Source: Octopus vulgaris (lineage: Eukaryota). Taken from it: 64,000 nt of DNA. The notes below the pieces were generated by a model that saw only the letters and a program-made list of their open reading frames with translations, ran no database searches and was not told the DNA's origin. The DNA is taken from contig OX597835.1 in assembly GCA_951406725.2 (NCBI GenBank), forward strand, positions 17,050,001-17,114,000. The letters are read 5' to 3'. The position numbers and the translations under genes were made by a program. This document shows positions 54,556 to 64,000 of the stretch, piece after piece (the stretch's first letter is position 1; every line of letters starts with the position of its first letter).

Positions 54556-54661
54556 TATGCATGAATATACACAAGCATATACATCTATGCATGCATAAAC
54601 GCACACACGAGCAGAGAGAGAGTGAGAGGGAAAGGAGAGAGATAGACAGTGATAGAAAGAA

Positions 54662-54742
<81 letters not shown>

Positions 54743-54772
54743 CTGATTTTTCTGTAAAATTACTCACGAAAC

Positions 54773-54829
54773 TATCGGGCCATCAAAAAATGGTATAAAA
54801 ATCTTAGCATTGTTTTTGATGGCCCGATA
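54773..54829. mobile_element. 57-bp mariner-type mini-MITE / perfect inverted repeat
   Basis: TATCGGGCCATCAAAAA (54773-54789) and TTTTTGATGGCCCGATA (54813-54829) are perfect 17-bp inverted arms with TA ends. Confidence 0.65.
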
Positions 54830-54914
54830 TAATGAAGAGATGCCTGCGTGGGTTTGTGCCCCGACATCCGAAACTCAGAGTTTTATCATGACTATCGAGT
54901 AATATTATATTTGC

Positions 54915-54959
<45 letters not shown>

Positions 54960-55048
54960 TTATATATATAACATATATATATGGCAATATTTTTATTTAT
55001 AAATGCATGTGTATATACCTGTATATAGAAATACACACATAGATGTAC

Positions 55049-55105
<57 letters not shown>

Positions 55106-55361
55106 TATATATATATGTGTGTGTTTGTATATCTGTATATATTTAAGTGCGTTGTTGTTTATTCGAAGCATTGTGATGTAGAAATAGAATAACAATCAAA
55201 GAAAGAAAGGAAGTGAGCGTCTTATAATGTGAAGTGGAATTTAGTCAGGCATAAAAGACCATAGTCAGAAGACTACAGTGGAGAAATTCGAGAGTTTACT
55301 GAGATTCTGCCGAACGGACAGTGACTTCACTTTGTCCGGCAAATACGTTAGCTGCAGTGTC

Positions 55362-55556
55362 GTGGAGGGGCAATGGCCCAGTGGTTAGGGCAGCGGGCTC
55401 GTGGTCGTAAGAACGAGGTTTCGATTCCCAGACAGGGCACTGTGAGTGTTTATTGAGCAAAAACACTTAAACTACACGAAGCTCAGGCGGGGTTGCCGGT
55501 GAACCCTGCTGTACTCTTTCACTACAACTTTCTCTCACTCTTTCTTCCTACTTCTG
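55362..55556 (+). mobile_element. Diverged, 3'-truncated SINE family A
   Basis: gtggaggggcaatggcccagtggttagggcagcg...tttcgattcccagac...ccctgctgtactctttcactacaactttctctcactc. Confidence 0.88.
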
Positions 55557-56119
55557 CCACAAAGCAGAGGAAACATGGTGTTACCCACTATGGTGTGGTA
55601 AACTAGTCTAGATTGCGAATCCTCTGTACCCTAGGAAGGTTTAGCTCTCCACCCGTTAAACGCCACCTTTTACGGAATGAGGATAACAACATAGCTTTCG
55701 CGTCCGTGCAATCGCCAGTCTATCGCGTGAGGTTGGTGGATCTTCAAGCTTAGAGAAGGCTCGACCACCACAACCAGGACAAGTACTACAATCGCCACCA
55801 TCACCACTACCACCACGACTGAAAACAACAACAGCAGCAGCAACATCACAACTACCACCACCAGGACAAAGACAGCCAACAGCACCGCCAATAATTCGAA
55901 CAATCAGCAATAACAATATAACATGGACATAAAACCTCTACCACCACCAATAACACGATCACCCACACCAACACCACCAGCACAACCGGCACCACCAAAC
56001 ACAATATTAATATATTCACTTCAGGTCCATCAATAGCACCGCTACCCCATCGTTACCATCACATCACCACTATGACCACGACAAAAGTAACCACCAACGT
56101 GTCTCCATGTACGTATATG

Positions 56120-56208
<89 letters not shown>

Positions 56209-56214
56209 GTATTC

Positions 56215-56319
<105 letters not shown>

Positions 56320-56355
56320 TATATTTATATATATATATATATATATATAAAAAAT

Positions 56356-56422
56356 GGCGGTGCCCCAGCATGGCCACAGCTCATAAGCTGAAACTAGAAT
56401 CAATCAATCAATCAATCAATCA
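56356..56422 (+). mobile_element. Ultra-short retro-insertion with (ATCA)n tail, second copy
   Basis: ggcggtgccccagcatggccacagctcataagctgaaactagaatcaatcaatc, within (TA)n. Confidence 0.75.
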
Positions 56423-56430
56423 TATGTATG

Positions 56431-56475
<45 letters not shown>

Positions 56476-56637
56476 GTATATATACATATACATACATATT
56501 TATATATATATATACATATGCGTGTATGTATATATATGTATATATAAATATATACATGCACTTATATATATATACATACATACGCATATATATATATATA
56601 TATTTATGTATATATATATATATATACATATATACGC

Positions 56638-56674
<37 letters not shown>

Positions 56675-56953
56675 GCTTGGCTTTTCATTAAACGCTGTCT
56701 TCTGCCTTATTTTGATCATATGTTTCTTCCTTCGCCAATTTGATATTTAACTGTTATTGTTGTTTCGTGCGGTGGTGAGGGTGGTGGTGGGAGAGGTTGG
56801 CAGGTGCGTACAGACACACGGACAGACGTATTTCAAATAGAGCTCTGCATATGTATGTAATGTTATACAGACGGATATATAAGTGTACCTATGAATATAC
56901 GTATAAATGTGCGTACACTTACACACACACACATATATTTATATGTACACATA

Positions 56954-57051
<98 letters not shown>

Positions 57052-57154
57052 CATACACGTATATTTGTGTGTGTACAGACATGACTCCGTAGCTTTGTCT
57101 TTATATATACATATATATATATAGTATATATATATATATATTTATATATAAATA

Positions 57155-57191
<37 letters not shown>

Positions 57192-57195
<4 letters not shown>

Positions 57196-57223
57196 TGTGT
57201 GTGTTTATAAACACACACAATTT
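57192..57223. repeat. Perfect 32-bp spacerless palindrome within (TA)n
   Basis: AAATTGTGTGTGTTTA|TAAACACACACAATTT. Confidence 0.95.
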
Positions 57224-57308
57224 ATATATATATATCGATCTGTTTGTGTGTAGATATACATATATAAAGTGCTTATGTACACATGTACATACACACACGC
57301 ATATACAC

Positions 57309-57373
<65 letters not shown>

Positions 57374-57995
57374 TCCATGCATATAGAGATTCGTAGAGGT
57401 ATGCAGATATATAGACTGGTATCTATCTGATTCATGCCACGCAGATACACACACACTCACATATAAAGATAGATAGGTAGATTTGTAAATGAATAGAGAG
57501 AGACAGCATAACAGATAATCGCACGAGATAGTGGGTGTAAGAGAAATAAAGAAGAGTAAGAGGGAGAGAGTTAGAGGAAGGGATAGATTTAGAGGAGAGA
57601 ATGAGAGAGAGGGGGAGAGAGAAGGGATGTACAGTTAGTCAAGTAGTAAGTGTGAATGAGAGGCACGACCATCAAAGTATAGTATGAGAGAGTGAAAGGA
57701 AGTTTTGAGACAGTGGAATGGAGAGAAAATATGATAGAGAGAGAGAAAGAGAGCGAGAGCGAGAGAGAGAGAGAAAGAAGAGAGAAGGGTGTAAGGGAAA
57801 TGTACTCTCTCTAAGAAATGTATGAAAAACAATGTACATATATAGAATATACATCACAAAAAAAATAAATAAGAAGACACCGGCAAGCACCATACTTCAC
57901 CCTCAACACCCACAAATACAGCAGTGCATTATATTTATGTATGTACATATAAATAGAAATATACACACACATACCAATGTGTACATATACATATA

Positions 57996-58065
<70 letters not shown>

Positions 58066-58184
58066 CACACACACACATATACATGTATATATATATATAT
58101 AACACACACACATATATACATATGTACAATCATATATATATATACACAGTCATATATATATATATACATATATATATATCTGTG

Positions 58185-58221
<37 letters not shown>

Positions 58222-58237
58222 GTTCCTTTTCACCCTT

Positions 58238-58274
<37 letters not shown>

Positions 58275-58285
58275 TCTATCTATCA

Positions 58286-58368
<83 letters not shown>

Positions 58369-58649
58369 TATACATACATATATACACATATATATATATA
58401 TATATATCAACAAAAACAAAAAAAGAGAGACACTCAAAGGAAATATAGCGGTAACACAACAAAGAATTCCACGTGATATATAGTACCATGTTTTAATACG
58501 ATGGAACAATTATTGAGAATCTATCATGATTTCTAGCCTGGCAGCTAATATTATCATTGGTTCAATTACTTTAGCATTATAAACTCTCTACAACTATTCC
58601 GTGCATTGGATGACATATTTGGCACAACTCTTCACATCAACTTGTCATA

Positions 58650-59046
58650 CTCTTTCTCTCCTTTCTTTTCTTTTCATTAATTTCTTTCTTTTAATATTTT
58701 CTATTTTCTTCTCCTTTTCCTTTTCTTTCTTTCTTTGTTTCTTTCATTTCTTTTTTTTTTTGTTTTCGTTTTTCACTCCTCGTTTCTTTTTTTCCCTTTT
58801 TCTGTCGTATTTTGTCTTGCTTTTTTTTTTTTAAACTTTTTCTTTCGTCTAACTCGTTGCTTTTGTTGCTGTCCTGCTGCTGCTGCTGCTCTTCCTGCTC
58901 CTCCTCTTCTTCCTCCTCCCCTTCTTCCTCCTCCCCTTCTTCCTCCTGTTCCTCCTGCTGTTCCTGCTCCCCCTCCTCGTGCTCCTGCTGCTGTCCCTAC
59001 CTCTTCTCATCTCCTCCTCTCCCTCCTCCCCACTTCTTCAACCCTA

Positions 59047-59080
<34 letters not shown>

Positions 59081-59260
59081 TCTTCTTTCTCCTATTCTTC
59101 TTTCCCTTATACTTTGCCCTCTCCCAATCCTTCTCCTTCTCCTCTCTCTCCTCATCACCATTCCCACCACCACCACCACCACCACCACCACCTCCATTAT
59201 CCCTCTCCTTCTTCCGCGTCTTCTTTTACTCCTGCCATCCATTTCTACCTCCTTTGCCCA
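58650..59260. repeat. Pyrimidine-rich T-run and CCT/CTT/CTG trinucleotide region
   Basis: Direct reading. Confidence 0.85.
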
Positions 59261-59731
59261 CCCATTTGCTCATTATGTTTCATCCTATTCCAATCTCCTT
59301 CCGACCTTCAACCCTTCCTGTTCATGGATACCCACCTCCACAACCGCTCTCGTACGATACTCTCGTTGAATTCTAATCAGTTCTCCATGATGCAAGGGAT
59401 CGTAAATCGCGAGCATATTCTTAGACATTGTCCATGGTTTCTCGCAGTATCTTGCTCAAAGACACAACGCGCCGCCGGGAATCGAACTCAAGACCTTACG
59501 ATCGTTAGCCGAATATCCTAACCACTAAACCACGCGCCTTCCCTGGTGTGGCATTGGTTTAGCAAAAAACGAAATATTAAATATTCCCGGCTACCTTTGC
59601 ACATGCGCTCCCTATTTTTTTGACAAAGCTACGAGTAGGCCCACTTCACATTACGTCATGCCACATCCACCTTTAAAAATTTTGAATTGCCAAGACCACA
59701 ATTATAAAATGCTATCACGTCCTTACTACTA

Positions 59732-59872
59732 TTAGGTTGTCCCAAAAGTTCGTAAACACTTGCGAAAATTGAATTTTTACTCGCCAAGTACTAACAAAAA
59801 CAACAAAAATTATTCCTCAAAATAAAGACCATTATTTTCCAAGACTTTCTACGAACTTTTGGGACAACCTTA
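59732..59872. mobile_element. Mariner-type MITE (141 bp)
   Basis: Perfect 21-bp inverted match AGGTTGTCCCAAAAGTTCGTA / TACGAACTTTTGGGACAACCT with TA flanks; the TTAGGTTG start is typical of mariner TIRs. Confidence 0.9.
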
Positions 59873-60833
59873 TATTTTCAGAATGGTTTCCATATATTCA
59901 TGTTATCCCAACCGATGAAGTATACCTAGCAATCACACACTTCCCTGGTGGCAACGTGTGTAGTATTTTGGAGAAGAGATAAAATATTCATTTGAAGCTG
60001 TTATTTGCATTTTCGCTGTTATAAGACAAGACGGTCTTGAGATTTAGCAACAGGATGTGTATGGCGAATTGATAATCCTTCCTAAGGATGTACAAAATGA
60101 TGATTTAATTAAAACTTGGCTGGAAGTTATTCCTGGTCTGCGTTTCCGATTCTAATACGTTACATCAGATTCCCATGTAAGAATTGAGGTTGTTCTTATT
60201 CCTACCATATTTCATAGAAGTCATCTCACACCATTTCTCCTTAATGTGAGATTGCGTCCATATTAAAACATTCTTCTAGATGTATCGCTAGAAACACATT
60301 ATTTCTATAACCGCCATCTTGTTTTTGTTAGATCAGTTAAACTTAGAACGGTTTTATGCATATATAAATGTATGCATGTATGTATTTAGGTGTGCATGTG
60401 TTTGCGGAGGTATGTGTCTGTTTGTGCGAACATAGGTGGCGTAGTAGATTTCTCGATGGATTCACGATCGTCAGTTCGTGCATTCGAATGTTACAAAGGG
60501 CAGCAAATTGTCTCCTTCAGCAAGACACTCCATCTCACATGGCTTCAGAGCACCACCGACAGCTATGTGGAGGTTACCATACAGACCGACGAGGGCTGTA
60601 ACCTCGAAGTCACTATCAACGCTATTCTTGTTAAAGACTAATTATTATGTACTCTACAAAAAGTATTGAGTACTCCTTTAGTTTAATGTAAACTTGGTTA
60701 TATTATTATTCCACACATACGCGCGCGCATGAACATACAACCGCACACAAACATATACACACATGAATGTATAAGGTATATACATATGTAACTGTCTATC
60801 CGTCTTTCTCTCTCCCTCTATCCCCCCTCTTTA

Positions 60834-60929
<96 letters not shown>

Positions 60930-61169
60930 GTAAGCGGAGAAATGAGATGTTCAAACACCTTCCCAAGAGGAAAGAAAAAAATAAACTATCGATTCACATT
61001 TGTTAAATTATCTATAAGAAGGATGATAAATTAATAATGAGAGAAAATAAAAAGGAGATTCGAAACTGACAGAACAGAAGGAACTCAAAATGGAGTTCAA
61101 GTTCATAAAACCCCATGACAGCAGCACACACGAACATGTGTGTAACACAGATATGTAAAATCTCACACA

Positions 61170-61356
61170 TGCGCAGCAGTGGCTGTGTGGTAAGTAGCTT
61201 GCTTACGAACCAAATGGTTCCAGGTTCAGTCCCACTGCCTGGCACCTTCGACGAGAGTCTTCTACTATAGCCTCGGGTCGACCAAAACCTTGTGGGTGGA
61301 TTTGGTACACGGAAACCGAAGAAAGCCCAACGTATATATGTATATGTATATATATG

Positions 61357-61429
<73 letters not shown>

Positions 61430-61482
61430 TTTATTTAAAGCAGCAGAAAATTCAACAAAATCTGTTACTCTGAGTTTCTCGT

Positions 61483-61534
<52 letters not shown>

Positions 61535-61625
61535 GTGTGTATGTTTATCAACCCAACATCGCTTGACAACCAATGCTGGTGTGTTTACGTCAAGGAAACT
61601 TAGTCCGATAGAATAAAGTACTAGC
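61170..61625 (+). mobile_element. SINE family C with an expanded internal (TA)n holding a 60-bp insert
   Basis: Head gcgcagcagtggctgtgtggtaagtagc to gaagaaagccc; resumes atcgcttgacaaccaatgctggtgtgtttacgtc; insert at 61428-61488. Confidence 0.85.
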
Positions 61626-61785
61626 ACTTCGGGCGAAGTGCTTAGCGGTATTTCGTCTGTCTTTACTTTGTGAGTTCAAATTCCGCCTAGGTCGACTTTG
61701 CCATTCATCCTTTCGGGGTCGATAAATTGAGTACCAGTTGCGTACAGGGGTCGATCTAATGGACTGGCCCCCTCGCCAAAATTTG
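61625..61785 (+). mobile_element. SINE family B (5'-truncated)
   Basis: cgggcgaagtgcttagcggtatttcgtctg...gagttcaaattccgcc...catcctttcggggtcgataaattgagtaccag. Confidence 0.88.
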
Positions 61786-61896
61786 GCAAACACCACGTGG
61801 CATGCTATCGAACACGCTAATCAATATACCAGCACACATACACACACAAACACATAAATGTCTGCATTCAGAGATATGCATACGCAAATACATTTG

Positions 61897-61959
<63 letters not shown>

Positions 61960-62603
61960 TATATTGAGAAAGTGATGAATAGCCATACTCGATTTCCGAA
62001 TCTTATTGGTCTCTACACCAATTTGACTAATCCCAGAGAAATAAGCACCCAATCTGCTTATATACTCCACAATTACAGTAACGGCAAGGAACTGGAGTTA
62101 CTAATTTGTATGGGTATAAATTCAATTTTAGTATCAACCTTGTAGTTTGCCTCAGAAAGACAGTCAATACTATTGGTTATCAGATAGATGTTACAGCGAA
62201 AATTAAATGTTTCAAAGAAGATATATCTGAAAATCCTTGAATACCTGTTGGGTTAATAAAAACACAGACAAGGAGAAATGAGTTAGCAATACATTTTATT
62301 GCATAGCTCTAGAATTGCTTCACCGACACCTTACGAGAAGAATAATTGCCCAAATAATATTATTTAATATACGAAATTATATATTGTAGGAATATTATTT
62401 CAGCAACTCTTCAGGCGCTTGGGTTCATGCATTTACCTTGTAAGAAGACATAACTCAATATTTTTCTAAAAAAATCTCCAGATATGTTTTATTATTACGT
62501 GTGAAGATATATATTCGCGCGTGTGTGCGTATGCGTATATATACGTGAGTGTATGTATAAATATATGTATATATGTATATGTGTGTGTATATATATATAT
62601 ATG

Positions 62604-62658
<55 letters not shown>

Positions 62659-62961
62659 GTTTATATATATATGTATATATATATGTACGTATGTATGTAT
62701 GTATGTATGTATGTATGTATGCATAATGAGATAGAGGATTATGTTTATCGCTCGCATAAGAATATAAAAATATGAGCACATGCTATATTCATGAGTGGTG
62801 GTAAAAAGAATATTTTTGTAATTATATATATATATGTATGTATATGGTTGTTATATTTATATTTCTGTGTTTTATACATATGTATATTCATTCATATATA
62901 TGTATATAAGTCTGTACAAATTTACACATGCAGATATACGATGTTGTATATCTGTGTATGC

Positions 62962-63004
<43 letters not shown>

Positions 63005-63369
63005 CACATACGTATACATATATATGTGTGCGTATACGTGTGCGTGTTTTATGAAATATCGATACAAAATGTAGTATATACACAGAGAGTGAGAGTGAAG
63101 AAAGATATAAGGGAATATAAACAAGAAATGTAGATGCCTATGTTGATGTATATATTTTGTTATTGTTTTTAGGGTTGGTAAATCCGCCATTATTAAACAT
63201 TTCAACGAGAGAATTGACACAACCGGTAAACTTCAACGTTACCAAAAACGTGTCTTTAACGAGCAAAACAATTTCAAAGCGAGTAGTTATGTGTACGTAC
63301 CTGTTGTTGAAAGTGTTAGTAGTAAGTATGTAATCAATGCACCCGCAAGTATCTTTCTATCCATGATTG

Positions 63370-63990
63370 ATAATGATTATATGTTAGTCAGCTGCTCCAA
63401 GACGTCATGGTTCTGAAAAAGATGAAAGAACAATAAAATAATGGATATTATTATTGTTCCTACAATAAACATAACAAGCGGATACATTTCATTTTAGCGG
63501 CTCAGTGTATACTTTATAACATTTATATGGTTACGTTACTGATATGAAATAAGCGAAATGGCAAAGCCGCTTGACTGTTAGATAGATAGCTTCAGGCTAA
63601 TTTTTTTTCTCGCTCATATTTCAAATTTCGGCAAGGTCAAATATGCATGTCATCGTTTCGAAGTTGATTAAAATATAGCAATCATGTGCAAAATAATTGA
63701 TGTTGCGCGCCCTTTTTGACTCGGGAATAACCAACAAGAAAGACGAAAAATAGACGCATGCAATCCTCTTAAATACGAGATAGCTCGGCTGTAAAAATAA
63801 AGAAGGTGAAGATAGTACCAATTATTGTTGATCCATTAGGGACAGTACCAGAAGGCATCAAGAGGAATATAAAGGAAATCGGAATAGAGTGCCCAGTGGA
63901 AATGTTACAAAAGGTTTGCCTCCTCGGCAAAGTATGAAATAATTGAAAAGAACACATAGCAGGATACCAGAGGCTGCAGGTAGCAACTCC
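63370..63990 (+). pseudogene. Decayed R4/Dong-type non-LTR retrotransposon C-terminus (restriction-like endonuclease)
   Basis: From 63687, with frameshifts: CKIIDVARPF/DSGITNKKDEK/IDACNPLKYEIARL*, then KKVKIVPIIVDPLGTVPEGIKRNIKEIGIECPVEMLQKVCLLG (63800-63937). This matches the RLE pattern IIDVAxPxD...KxxKY..L..EI.RLW..VxPxxxGALG.VP...LQK..LLG. Confidence 0.85.
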
Positions 63991-64000
63991 ACAACAGATG

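Noticed and set aside
60447-60476. Minus-strand CTGACGA-TCG...CGA-GAAA hammerhead-like match
   Set aside because: No stem I or usable stem III, and it falls in a decayed tRNA-derived SINE head.

Overview
Eukaryotic, AT-rich, extremely microsatellite-rich non-coding DNA. It is most likely intronic or intergenic sequence of a coleoid cephalopod (Octopus-like); this is inferred from the SINE families and repeat landscape, not proven. No host protein-coding gene can be supported: nearly all listed ORFs are translations of (TA)n, (CA)n, (CATA)n, (TATC)n or trinucleotide repeats. The non-microsatellite sequence is mostly mobile-element debris: four families of tRNA-derived SINEs (several with TSDs, nested insertions, one with a triplicated body); five near-identical ~390-bp non-autonomous Helitrons (including a head-to-tail pair and an adjacent inverted copy); Tc1/mariner/pogo-type MITEs; and decayed RTE, R4/Dong-type, probable L1/Tx1 and Penelope-like retroelement coding fragments. 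The most striking signal is roughly a dozen type-I hammerhead-ribozyme-like motifs (CUGANGA - stem II - GAAA - short palindromic stem III - NUH) from several unrelated small repeat families, alongside Penelope RT/linker remnants. Only one keeps a fully canonical core; the others carry substitutions or are partial. Also present: two mirror-oriented degenerate AACGTCAT (CRE-like) arrays, each hit by a Helitron, and perfect fold-back palindromes nested in (TA)n tracts. All alignments were done by eye.
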